Positions 37,470 to 49,861 of a DNA stretch of 64,000 nucleotides are shown piece after piece. Under the pieces are notes generated by a model. That model searched no databases and was not told the DNA's origin. It saw only the letters and a list, made by a program, of their open reading frames with translations. Both the position numbers and the translations under genes were made by a program. The stretch comes from Patellaria atrata CBS 101060 (lineage: Eukaryota). The stretch spans positions 6,623 through 70,622 of the forward strand of contig MU006092.1 of NCBI GenBank assembly GCA_010093705.1, read 5' to 3'. Each line of letters starts with the position of its first letter. Position 1 is the stretch's first letter.

Positions 37470-38525
37470 TCAAGGGTCTGGATGTGAGAAGAACTCATCT
37501 ATTGAGTCATTGTCCATGTCTTCCAGGGCAGTAGGCGTACATCCCGTATCTTGCAGTGTAGCAGGCGTGACAGGGGTGATAGGTGTGACAGGTGTGACAG
37601 GTGTGATAGGTGTCTCGTTATTCGAAAAGCTCTTATCGGAGTCGCTTGGTCGACTCATAGGGCCGCCTACAAGCTTCTCGATCTCCCGATCGAGATATGA
37701 GCGGACAAGACCGTCTTCGCAGCTGCTGTGCCTCGTGATCTCATCTTTCAAACTGAGTACCTGTAACTGAAGCCACGCGAGTTCGGCCTTAAGTCTCTGG
37801 TTTTTACCCTCGACCTCTTTTGCCTTTGCTTCTAACTGCTTAGTCCAGGCCTTTTGTTTGTTACGACACTTGCTGGCGGCGAGGCGATTCCTCTCCAAAT
37901 GTTGGCGTCTATGTAAATCTTCGGTCGCGTCGGTGGATTTGCTACGTCGTTTCTTCTGTTCCTTGGTTTCATCCGGTACCGTCCCTGGTCGCGAAGAACT
38001 GCCCTCAGTTCCCGCAATCACGGAGTCAACCTTTCGTTTCCGAGTGGATTTTGGTGTTGCAGCTGAAGTTTTCGCCGTGATGCGCTTTTCTGATTCTTTG
38101 ACTTCTGGGAGAATTGGGCAATTCCATCGCTGTTGGACTAGATCGAGTTGAGTCGGTTTGCAATCCGTTGGATCCGCTGTCATGTATGATGGAAGCCATG
38201 CTGCCATGAGCTCGGAATCCGCCGAGTCGGGTGCACGTAATTCATTCACCGTGAAATATTTCGACTTTGGTGAGTTGAGGGATGATAGATCTGAGACACC
38301 ACTGTCCCGCCGGGATGATAGTGTAGGCTTTGTGGTAGGCCTGAAAAGATCAGTACCGGACGGACGACTAAGGTCACAGTTGAATCCGCTCCTGGACTGG
38401 GTCGGAAACTCTGGTATTGGTGATGGAAAATGTGAGTACTCGTCCGAGAGGTCGTCCTCCAGGTTTAAGATGTCTTTATCCAACTCGAAATGTTCAAAAG
38501 ATAAGGTTTGGTTGTCTGATGGCAT
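37470..38525 (-). CDS. ATF/CREB-type (AtfB/Atf21-like) bZIP transcription factor
   Basis: RRQHLERNRLAASKCRNKQK basic region, leucine zipper, and LKDEITRHSSC. Confidence 0.85.
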   Translation of the reverse strand: MPSDNQTLSFEHFELDKDILNLEDDLSDEYSHFPSPIPEFPTQSRSGFNCDLSRPSGTDLFRPTTKPTLSSRRDSGVSDLSSLNSPKSKYFTVNELRAPDSADSELMAAWLPSYMTADPTDCKPTQLDLVQQRWNCPILPEVKESEKRITAKTSAATPKSTRKRKVDSVIAGTEGSSSRPGTVPDETKEQKKRRSKSTDATEDLHRRQHLERNRLAASKCRNKQKAWTKQLEAKAKEVEGKNQRLKAELAWLQLQVLSLKDEITRHSSCEDGLVRSYLDREIEKLVGGPMSRPSDSDKSFSNNETPITPVTPVTPITPVTPATLQDTGCTPTALEDMDNDSIDEFFSHPDP

Positions 38526-41072
38526 TGTGACTTTGACGGCGGTGGCGAGTAATAGGTTTTTAGGTGGCTGTTGTTTGGGAAAGCAAAGTGGATGGGAGAG
38601 AAGTCAACTTAAGGTAAGCTCCCAGTCTCCCGGTTATATAGGTAGGTGGCATCTCTGCTACTTACCTAAGTTACCTTAGAAGCCCTGAATTAAATTTCCG
38701 CACAAGGTCGGATAGGAAAAAAAAAGGCGAGTGATTGATCCGCGTTCGCGTCTGCGTTGGCGTCCGCAACTGGACCTGATACAAAGCACTCCAGGACCCG
38801 AGGAAATTTTCATGCATTCTAGGAAAGAACGATCAACAAGTGAGCAAGCACAATAGTATTGGCGCCGACTGATATCATCATTACCATGCCGCGTTTCATC
38901 CAATAAGCTCTCGATCAAAGATCAACGGCCTCAAAAGAACCCCTTCCACGCCCCCTTAGAACAAGTCGGAGGTATCGCAGAAAACCAGAAATCCCCAGTT
39001 TGCTTAGTATAGTACAGAAGAACCGTCGCTTGGGAAAGTCGGGCAACCATGTGAAAGTGGCAATAGGTTTTACTGGTTGAAGAAAGTATATCGACGATCT
39101 CCCATTCTTCACCCCACTAAGTTCATGGAAGGAACGAGTGCGATCATCGGTGAGACGGGGAAAGTGCATGGGACATCTATCGGAATGTGCGAAAGGGGGA
39201 TGGGAATTTTGCGGATTCCGATGTTGCTATTAGGGTTAGAGCTGGCGTGGCTGCTTCTCTAGAACGAGGGGATGACGAAGCGGCCAACAACCTTTAACCT
39301 TACGGTAGTTCTTCCCCCGCTTGAGCCACAGACTCTTTCCGTCCGCTGTTACCCCCGAATCATCCCCTAGACCAATAAAATATTTTCTTCTTTTACTAGC
39401 TTCGATTTCTTGGTTGGTTAGTTACTACATTTACTCTAGGTCCTTCCTATGGAAGAAGTGTTCAGCCTCTCCCCCGCGCCACCTCACTTCCTTTTACCTT
39501 TAATATCACCTTCTGTGTTCCATCGCATTCGGTGATTTAATAAGATAGCCTAAGGTAAATATTCCCGGCTTCTCGCTTTGTGTTAAGGTAGTTTCTGGGT
39601 CTGTAAGGAATCGACATGTAACCTTAGCGAAATCTGCATCCCGTTAGGTATTAGCGGTTGTTTCGGAGGAACTACCCCTCAGGTACTGTAGATATATTCC
39701 GCCTGACAAGGTGATAATAGTAGTAATAATGATAATAATAATGATGTACAAAGTAGAAGATTTGTGAAAAATGAATAGAGCGTGTTGTAAGTAAGATAGA
39801 ACTGCACCCGGTACAGTACTGTATGTACAAACATGATCATAACTTCGATTAAGTGGGATTCGTGCAAGGCTAATAAGACAAACTATTAATGTTCTTCGAT
39901 GACCAGTACATTTCAACTAATAACACAATCGAGAATTTACCGTGTAAACGGTTAATCTAATAATGTAAAGCATATGGGTCTTTATCTTCATTGGCTAAAG
40001 TATAACTGTAACCTGGAATCAAAGGATAATTCGAAGCACTCGATATCTACCATACGAGCATTCGGCGGGGATCGTGAGACGGTGAAAGTGAAGTGCGCAC
40101 CTCATTCTGCTCTTGAGGACCCGAGTCGGAAGATCTCAAAGCAGCAGCTGAGAGAAGTTCAGGCTTGCCCGTACTGTCTGCCATTAACTTTGTGAAGCTT
40201 GAAAGTTCACCTCTGCCTCGAGTACAGAGGGTTTCTGTGCGCTTGCAAGTACTATATCTATTATCGCCGTCAAAGAATCGCTCACATGCGATACGCTAGT
40301 TCATTGATAAGCTGTATTCAGCTTTAACTGCACGGAAAGAACTACCTTAGATATACGGGATATATGGGGAATTCTTAGAGGTATAAATAGCCTACGGTAT
40401 CGATGCTGATTTTAGGGTTTGTACTGCTTAGGTTATGGCTACTTTACTCGGATGCCTCAGGTCCCGGGGGTCCTTAACCACCTCAGGCTGCGTTTGTACC
40501 ATTAATCATCACTTCCCGAATTAGTTAGTCCCCTCGCTTAATATACCCACTGAAAATTAAAACTATCTTGGTGCTGCACTGGTGCTGCCTGCAACTTCCG
40601 AAACAAAAACTATCCTAGCAAGCGCCGCTGCAAAAATGCAGCAAAACAACGAAGATGGGAAGGCGCCTGCCCCTCCTCCTGGTAAGCAATCATTACAAAG
40701 CTCTGCTTCATTCTATCATTCCTGTATTACCGTATCGAAATGTACCCTCTAGCACGAACTGGGCAAAGTTTCAAAGGATGACTGGGCTCCCCACTAACAC
40801 CCGATTGATCAGAACCCGATGATCTGTCGGATGCCGAATCTACCTTCAGTAGTTCTGGCGAAGAAGCAGAGCAATCCGATGCAGATTCGTCGGAATGCCT
40901 ACTTCGCGCGCTAGGTACAGTACCCCGTCCCACCATCCGAGCCTGCTAGGACTCTCCGATTAGCGGTACCAAGACCGAGACTAAAGATTCAGTAGAGAAG
41001 CACGAGAGGAAGAAAACTCCAGCGGCCTACAACAAGGCCTTCAAGACCATCCATCCTCGTTCGAATATCGCC

Positions 41073-42092
41073 ATGGCTTCAGTTCCTCTCGTTCCAATGT
41101 ATCATGCGCCTCCACGCCGCCAACCTGCGGCCGCACAATCGAACGGCTCCATGACGAACGCGGGCCTCAGTGCTCCAACGCAAACCCCATACGAACATAT
41201 TCAGGAGATGGCTTCTAAACGCATCTCAACCCTCGACTACTTGCGCAAAGCGTTAGTGCCAAAATCCCCTCCTAAATCCCCATCCCCTACCCCCCAAGCA
41301 CGTGCATACTCTCGTATGTCTTTCCTTACCTTCAAGTCTGCCAAATCTCTAAAGCCCCTCTCTCTCAAATCGTTCAAACAACACGACACCGACAACGAAG
41401 ATAGCAATGAAGGTCGTGTTTACTGGTTCAACACGCATCTCTTCGGCAAGAAAGACCTCGCAAAGATGCCACATTACCAGCCTAACCGCCTCGCCCGACG
41501 CGCGACGAACTACCTTCTCCTCGGCTTCTCACTCCCCTCGGTGCTGGACATGCATTCGCAGCCCACGGAGTACCTACGTGCTCTCAATAACCTTCTCGCC
41601 GAGTTTGAAACGTACCAATCCGTCCACAATCCCGACGCGGCACCCTCGTCTTCACTGAACCGTAGCCGTCTCCCACAAATGTTCAAGCGAGCGACGACGA
41701 GCAAGGGCCGGCGAACCTCCTCTGCGGCTAATGACCTTATTCCCAACTTTGACGATGCCAAGAGCCCCCTCGATATTCCGGAGCCCGAGCTCCTCCCCGG
41801 TGAGCACTACGAGCTGCTCCAAACACATCATATCCCGTTCGAACCGGACTTCACCCAGACGTATGCGACCTTGACCGACTGTTTGATCGATATTTATACC
41901 AAGGTCATGGACATGGTAAACGGGCCAGACGGGGTTGCACCGGGAGTTCACGAGCTGTTCCTTAAGGCGGATTCCAAAATTAGAAAGATCCTTGTTGCAA
42001 ATGTGGTTAGGGATTTTGAAGAAGCGAGCAGGCAATCGTCAAGGAGTGAGCTTGCTGGTGTGGGAAAAGTGGTTTTGGCTGGCCTGCAGTAA
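41073..42092 (+). CDS. Conserved fungal hypothetical protein; possible N-terminal exons from 40636
   Basis: 339-aa ORF with strong codon bias (KRISTLDYLRKA, EGRVYWFNT, PFEPDF). Function not recognised. Confidence 0.8.
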   Translation: MASVPLVPMYHAPPRRQPAAAQSNGSMTNAGLSAPTQTPYEHIQEMASKRISTLDYLRKALVPKSPPKSPSPTPQARAYSRMSFLTFKSAKSLKPLSLKSFKQHDTDNEDSNEGRVYWFNTHLFGKKDLAKMPHYQPNRLARRATNYLLLGFSLPSVLDMHSQPTEYLRALNNLLAEFETYQSVHNPDAAPSSSLNRSRLPQMFKRATTSKGRRTSSAANDLIPNFDDAKSPLDIPEPELLPGEHYELLQTHHIPFEPDFTQTYATLTDCLIDIYTKVMDMVNGPDGVAPGVHELFLKADSKIRKILVANVVRDFEEASRQSSRSELAGVGKVVLAGLQ

Positions 42093-42544
42093 AGAGTATG
42101 TCGATCTCTTTGGATCTCTCTGGGTCTTTATGGGTCTTTATGGGTCAATTGGCGCGTATGGTCTAGTGTGGCATTTTTCTCTCATCGGTGGGTATGTGGT
42201 TTTGGAAGGTATTCAATCTGCATCTAGCGACGGAGTATAAGAGTTCACCTTGATCAATATCAAAAGACATCATTGATGCTAAATGAACAGTTTGTTTAAT
42301 GGGACTCGACAGTATGTATGTTTGATGGAACACAACAGCATGGATGATGCAATAGGACTGCGTGGGTTGATTCATTTGGTCTTCATCTGTCTAGCAGAGA
42401 TCAAATTTCGTCGTCAGGCGTAACATATGTAAAGTACAATGGCAATCCAACCTCTGCAGACTGGTTGACCAGCCCCATGGGACAATCGAGCATAAGGAGA
42501 GAAATCTCTCAGGCAACTAAGCAACAACTCCCTCCGAGGTAGCC

Positions 42545-43252
42545 TCAGCACCCCGGACCAGTAGGTTCGCTCTCTACTTGCGTAGTAGCAGGCACCATGG
42601 TATTAGACTGCTTCACACTACCAACAGCTCCATCCGTTACACCCTCAACTGCCATATTATACTCCTCCGGCAGAGGCCTGTCTTTTGCGACGATGATCTT
42701 GATGATATGCACCTACATGTGGGCCACTATGGAATTTGTGAAAGACCGCCTGTTACAGCACCGACATTTTATGTTTGTGCAATAGTACTCCATATAGCTG
42801 AAGCAGTCGTCTTGGTTAAAATACTCGTTGAAGTCGTTCCAGAGTCCGACTAGCCACGAGACAGATTCAGCAAAGAGATCATCCAGGAAAGGAGATATAC
42901 AGGTGATCCATCCTATGTATTCCACCTCCTAGTTATGAAAGATCCCCTTAGTAAGAGTGTCGTGCCCGTGGTAGATGATGCTCCGGTAGGGTAAGACTAC
43001 CCCTGAATCGTGCACCTTTTAGCACAAGCAGTTAGCAATCTCATAGAGGCATGCTCGGGAGGGCATGAGACCGTTTGGATCCGTATCATAGTACCACTCG
43101 TCCTTGCACATGTCACATGGAACGGTCCAGTTGTAGGCGTAATCTTGAGTTTCACAGTTGACTTATTCGGCGGGATGCTTTATATAGGTAGGGAAGCGTC
43201 GAGCTGTAGTAAGAGCCATCAAGGCAAAGGAAGTAAGTGTACGAAAATGCAT
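42545..43252 (-). pseudogene. Putative Cys-rich secreted protein interrupted by in-frame TAA/TAG stops
   Basis: One frame from ATG 43252 with a signal-peptide-like start and many Cys. Stops at 43163-43165, 43019-43021, 42929-42931 and 42713-42715. Confidence 0.55.
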
Positions 43253-43791
43253 TGTGATCTGGAGGTTTTCAAGACTTTCAGACGGTAGATCGATATTAGA
43301 AATCAAATATTCTGAAGGCCGGAGGAGAGAAAAGATGGAGTCCCTGCAAGAAAATGAAAGAATTCTCTAGAGCGATTTTGTTCCTCGACTTACCGAATGA
43401 GTCCCCGTCATAGAGAACAAAGGGGTATGGGCCATTCCCGGAGCAAAGCAGAGGGTATTAGAACCGCTGTGTAGCTTTTCCAGTCCAGTGACCCTATTAT
43501 CGGCGTCTTTGGCGCACTGAAAGAGATGTAGGAGTACAATAGTTCACTCTATCGTATGATATCTCACTTTCCTTGTGAGCGGGCGAAAGATAGATTGACT
43601 GTTGAAACCTATTTCCTATTAAATGTTGCGAACCGGGAATCGGTTTCTGACCATGAGATGGCAACATCGGATACCTTAGACTTCCGGATAGGATTCCATA
43701 TAAGGGCGGAGATTCATTGTCACCATCCTAATGCGCATGAGGGACCGTGTAATATGCGGAATTCCATGTCATCAATGTAGAACTCATCTCG

Positions 43792-44865
43792 TCATCTATT
43801 TATCCAAGCTCTTGTAGAAACTACTCTGGGGTTAGGTACGCTTGTCTCCGCGCAGTGGAAATTGAGTTGGGCGAGCCAAGTGCTACAGGAAACGTTCGAC
43901 TTTCCCTTCTCAACAGCTATCGCTGTGCGGACAAATGACCACACGGCTTCCTGGCGCCAATTCAAATTTAAGGCCCACTGTAACGTATCTGTCACTATCT
44001 GAGAATAAATAGCAGAATCACAGTACGGGTGTGATATGAGAAATTCTAGAAATGACCAGCCTGATATATCGCTAGGGTGTTGTAGACACCAACTATATGT
44101 TGCATGACAAGTCATAGATAGTAAATTCTCTAAAGTGAGCTTTTGACTATCAGACCCCTGAACAATTGACGATATGAGATGGACCAGTTTTCTACCATGC
44201 AACCAGGCATAATAGTTTTTGGGATGACGCTCAGAAGCCGCAGTTATCACCAAGAGATCTCTACGCAAGAAAGAATTGCAATGATCTTCGAGAGTACGGT
44301 CAGCCGTCATTCCTGAAGACTGACTAACTGAGGGGTAAAATTTCCATAGTACCCAGTATCGGTGATGCCATAACGTGGGTGATTTAGTTTGCCGGTGTAA
44401 TGGAGAATTCAATATGCTATCAACGAAGCATAATTCACGTTGTATTGCTTTTGCGAGCGTTTCATCCTCCATAGACGGTTTACATGTTATCCCGAGCATT
44501 TCTAGCCGACGCTTCCGGTAATTGGCAGCAGTCAAATGTTCCGGATCGAATAAGAGCAGAATCCTCGACGCTCTCAGGATATCCTAGGCATGTGTAAGCA
44601 TCGAACGGTCTACGTCAAATCCCAAGGGCACGGGTCCTGGGAGGCCTCGTACTTCGTCAGTATGTGATGTCCTCCTATCAAAGATTTGGCGAGCAATCAC
44701 GAACCCTTGCACTAGAACCTTCTTTTGAATCCCAAAACAGATACCATCTTGCAATGATTGCGGCCCGTCAGGGGTTGATGGGAGAATCTCGATCTCCACA
44801 ACATTAGTTTCATTATCTGAGAGATATCTATCAAGTGTATCGTAAGCAGATCGATCTGTTGCCAT
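43792..44865 (-). CDS. Protein prenyltransferase alpha-subunit repeat protein (PTAR1/Ecm9-like), 2 exons
   Basis: LFDPEHLTAANYRKR, KSPTLWHHRYW, HPKNYYAW, HPSDISGWSF (PPTA repeats). Confidence 0.85.
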
Positions 44866-45023
44866 TACGACTTCTCATTACCGATATTTGAAGCTGATGG
44901 GAGGGATGAAGTTAGGGACTCGGGAGCTAATTGCCGAAGTTCAAGCGAGAACTTTCGTCACTAAAAGACAGAGCTGGATGTTTTGTACAAAGTACATAGA
45001 CACTGGTTGTTCAACTCACAACC

Positions 45024-45784
45024 ATGGCATCCATACTCTTGCTAGTATTCATCCTGCAGGTCGTTATACACATAATAAACAAGGCGGGAGTAGGCACCAT
45101 CAACAATTTCGTACGGACAATATGCCACTTACACTACGTATTCTTGCTAACAGTTGACAGCTATGGCTACTGTACAACAAGCTGCCTACCCCCACTTCGA
45201 ATGCTTCCAGACAGCAAGTAAAACTTAAGCAAGAGGTCCTACGTTTGAAAAAAGAACTAGCTGGAGTAAGCGCGCAGGATGACTTTGCGAAATGGGCAAA
45301 GTTGCGGCGACAGCACGATAAAGTGATGGCAGATTACGAGAAGAGCGGTACAGTAGCAGGATCTCCTTGATGCTTATGAGGGTAGCTGATATGCTTCACA
45401 GAGAAAACTATTGGCTCCTCAAAAGCATCCTTCGACAGTAAGGCGAACCTTGTACGGTGGGTTAGTACTAGCGGGCTCCGATTATTTATTCAGTTCTGGT
45501 TCGCGAGGCAAGCTCTTTTCTGGATTCCTCCTGGTTGGTTACCGGGCTACGTGGAATGGATACTGTCTTTCCCTAAAGCTCCAAAAGGCAGCATCAGCGT
45601 TCAGATATGGGCGGCCGCATGTACAACAGTAATCCAGATTGCCAGTGATGCTATGATCTCGGCATACACATTAACAGTGGGGGAGAAATCAGGTATGAGT
45701 GCTCAGATACCACAAGCATTCTCGAGGAAGGAGGTTCAATCAACGAGTGGCTCGAAAGGAAGTCGGGAGAGAAAGGAGCTCTGA
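45024..45784 (+). CDS. GET1: Guided entry of tail-anchored proteins receptor Get1 (WRB/CHD5), 3 exons
   Basis: [18 protein letters not shown] coiled coil, [31 protein letters not shown]. Confidence 0.92.
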
Positions 45785-46549
45785 AGGATTAGAAAACTAG
45801 TTATGATTTGTGATCAACGAATTGAAGATCCTCATTCTTCCATGTCTACAACTCTAAATTGTCTGATGTCTCTCACAAATTTGACGCATTGTCATCAGAG
45901 CTTTCGCATAGACACTGCAACACGACGTGAGATGGCCTTGGCAGGCCGTGGGTTTTCTATAGGCAAACTTAATGAACTCATAATCGTGGGATAGCGATGA
46001 CAAGTCTTCGAAAGTGCCAGGTTGATGAACAGTATCATGGGAGGAATCTAGAAGGCGAGGTCATGGGGATTTCCGCATTGCTCCATACTCGCCGATAGAT
46101 CTTCATATAAAGTGCATCATAGCGGGCAAAGCTCATCTCAGTTTTGCTAAGCAAGAAGGATGCCTCTGAACGGGAAGCTCCTTGTTTTGAAAATACTTTT
46201 CTGTTCTGCGTAGGATGTCCAAAGGTACGAGGTGGAGGTTGAAGCTGAGTTTTCTTAAATACCACAGTACCTTACCTAAGGTAACTTTTTAGAGAGCTAA
46301 GACCAATCGCGAGCTTGGCAGGTACCTACCTTACTGTGGAACTACAGCACCAGTACCTTATGACCTCCCCTTCCCAACTTTTTGTCATCCGATATGTTTG
46401 TTCATACTCGTATCCTACGTTTGCATTGAGGTAGCAGTAGCTCTATAGAACTCGCGGTCAGATTCCCCGTCGAAATGGCTAGGGTATAACCCCAGTCAAA
46501 CTATACAATCCCCTTCGAATTCAGCTGTTCACCGAATGACACTGCAAAC

Positions 46550-49500
46550 ATGGCAGCGTCCTCGAAATATTGGGCAACTTTTATGGACCAATGTCTGGAG
46601 AGGCGGATCAGAGCAGAGGACTTCCAGTTATTTACGTCGCAGCTATACATTAAAAGCCCGTTGAGCGGTGCTAAGCTTGCCTCAATTCTCCTAAACCCAC
46701 GGTCATACACTACAAATTGTGTTGATCCTTTGATACCCCTATACACTGAACGTCTATTATCAACTGGCAGAATCGATGCGTCAGACGTGCTTAGTGCCCT
46801 ATTTCATGGCTCTCAAGATAATCTGTCAAAGAACGTTACAGATCAGCCCCTCTCCACGAACCCTCCTGAATTGGAAGAACTCTTCTTGCAAAGATTCACC
46901 AGTGCTGTTATCAACAGTGACAGACCGCGAACACTGCCGGAGACTCGGAATATGCTGACCATCCTATCTCAATGGATGTCTGCTTCGGTCTCAGCCGGAA
47001 CTAGTGACTCCATGATCCAAGCGCTCACCGGGAACATTCAGCAGGCTCAGGTGCAGTCAGCCATAGTACGCGAGTCACTGGCTCGTCTTGTCATTGCTCT
47101 CCTGGAGAATCAGGTTGCAGTTACTGTTTTGATGACCAGGACGTCGAAAGGTAATTTCATGTTCTTTTATTTGGAATTTCATAGCTCTGTGCGGAAGATA
47201 AGTGTCGGTGAGAGATTCTATCTACCAGCTGTCGGCTAACCACCGGTGCTAGATTTTAGAAAATCATTTGGCAAATCTCTTTCATTATTTATCTCATTTC
47301 TCTCTCAAACTTCTGTAGAGACGGCAAATCGTCTCGAAGGAGCTCAAAAACAACATGGTTTGGTCGATGACACCTCGGATGAAACAGCCGGTAACGCAAC
47401 CGGTAACGGGCTCGATGTCTCTACTCTCCAGCTTGAAGCTACAGTGGACTTACCGCTATATAATTCTCGAGCAGGACTATACGTTTTTATCAATTCTTTG
47501 GTGAGTAAGGTTCAGGCATCCTGAGAGTTTTGCTGACTTACGCAGCTATTTGCGCGGCCCCTGACGGACGATTCGATGATATTAAACTACTTACAACTAC
47601 GTTACAAGGTACCGTAAAGCGGAAAATATATTTGCTGTTTGCTGACAATGCCTAGGGCGATGTTGGCGCACTCGTAATCGATCTAGTGACATCATCATTC
47701 GACGTCCTCTCAAACGCTATGTATCGTGGAGAATCTAGCCAAACAATGTTCAATTTCAAGTCTTTTCTAATCAATAAGGTTCCTACCCTCTTAGTCGTAC
47801 TATCAGGGTCATTGTTTCCACCGTTGACTCTCGAACTATGCATATCTCAAGCTCTATCTCAAATTGATAGCAACGCATTTCCCTCGTTTTCCGAGGGATT
47901 CGATCCTTTGTCCGGCACTAGCAGTCTTTCAGATGTTCGTCAGGATTTCTTGTTCGCGTGTGCTCTACATCGTCTGATAGCTGAATCAAGTATTGAAACA
48001 CTTTTGGGTGAAGCTCCTATGACGACGCTTCCCGAAGGTGGCAAGTATATAAAAGAAAATTTGATCAATCTATGCACTGCGAACTTTGGACGCCTTGGGG
48101 ATCTTATTAAAGAACTGGAAAACTTTAACGGCAATACGGGAGCAATAGTAGGTACCATTACCGAATTAGTCAGTACCATGTGTCAAGCCAAGGAGACCAT
48201 GTCCCTCAAAACCGTCTGCAACTCACTATCCCGAAAGCCACAGTCGTTGGATGTGATACTTCAATTCACCTCGCCAGCTAGTATTTTACAACCGTTATGT
48301 AATCTCCTCGACAGTTGGAGATACGAAGACGATCAAGGTAAGGCCTCCGAGGTTAGGGAAGATCTAGGGCTAATCTCGTGAACTCAGGGGAGTATCAGCC
48401 CGTGTATGATGAATTCGGAGGAATATTACTGCTTGTACTAGCATTTGTTTACCGATATAATCTATCCACTGCTGAGATCGGCATACCTCATTCATCCTTC
48501 GTAGCCCAACTCGTCGAGAACGGCCATCTAGCTTATGGCAATGACGAATTAGATGAGGCTCAAAATAAACATTTAGGTGCATGGCTAAGGGGGTTATTTG
48601 ACACTGATGGTCTAAGCGACGAGGTCATGTCATCATGCCGCCCACAGGAGTTCTATCTGCTGGTTCCGACTTTGCTAAGGCAGACGGTCTTCGCTTGTTC
48701 GGCCGATATTCTCGGAATTGATACCATCAAAGCTGGTCTCGAATGTAAGTAGGTGTTAAGATCTTCCGAAAGCGCATCTGACTGGATTCAGATCTACTCG
48801 AGACGTTCCTGCTTCCTTCACTAGTTAGTGCTGTGAGCTGGATAGCCAACCACACCTGGGAGCAATCCAATCAAGACGTCGAAATCATCATGCAAATACT
48901 CTCCAAACTAATCCGACCAACCTCAATGTCCGGCGATGCACAAGCGATGCACACCACCATTCTCGCCATCGTCTCCCGCCGTCTGGACAAAGCGCTCCGT
49001 CTCATTCGCAAGCGCTATCCCAAACGTCCGGACATTGAGCCCCTTCTTGACGCTCTGAAACCCCATCTCCAGTACGAGCGCACTCCATACGGCACCCTCA
49101 CCGAACTCGAATCCTGGACCTCTTCCGGCACCAGCACCAAACTTTCTCTTAGATCAACGGTCCAATCCCTAACCCTCTGGTCCGCGTCTGGTGGCCAACA
49201 TATGACGGCACCTTCCTATACACACCGCATGCTCAGCACATTTCTTGCGCTTATCCCCGCCCCGACACTACTTCGCGCCATCCTCGAGGAAACGAAAGCC
49301 CAGTCCGAAGCCGGCAACGCAGCCACCGTCCTCGACGTTGCCACTGCACTTATCTGTGCACCCTCCCACCTCAACTCACCCGTCCCCGTTGCTTGGCCTG
49401 CCGTAATGATACCCGCGCCACAGCTCCCCCGTGATCGCCTCAACCTTCGGGATGCACTCAGACTCGAGCGCGACGAAGCATCCGACCTGCTTCCATCAGA

Positions 49501-49861
49501 CCATCTTCTAGCCGAGACCATTGTCCGCCTCTCCCGCAAGGTAGAAGCACAATGCGCACCCGCCACTACTGCAATGCAAAGTCTTGCTCTTAGCGGGGTA
49601 GACGCACCAATGCAGGATATGATGGGTCTTAACATCCAGGTGCAAGACGTTGATGTAGCCGCGACTATGGAGCGGCCGTTGGAGGTAGGGGTAGGGCTAG
49701 ACGACGCTGGGATGGACTTGGATTTGGGTGGAGTTGTTGGAGGGGGTTTTGATATGGGGAGTATGGGAGGAGAGGTTGGTGGGAGTGTTGGGGAAGGGCT
49801 GGATGGCGATGCTGATGTGTTTGCTGGGTTGATGTTAGATCCGGACATCAATTATGAGTAG
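46550..49861 (+). CDS. MED5: Mediator subunit Med5 (Nut1), multi-exon
   Basis: VDPLIPLY, NSRAGLYVFINSL, SFDVLSNAMYRGES, DVRQDFLFACALH, EDDQGEYQPVYDEFG, CRPQEFYLLVPTL. Confidence 0.9.

Noticed and set aside
39230..39239. CTAACCCTAA (minus strand), resembling a telomerase RNA template
   Set aside because: A single 10-mer is plausible by chance. Only ~700 nt separate it from the bZIP CDS, and no pseudoknot or CR4/5 element was recognised.
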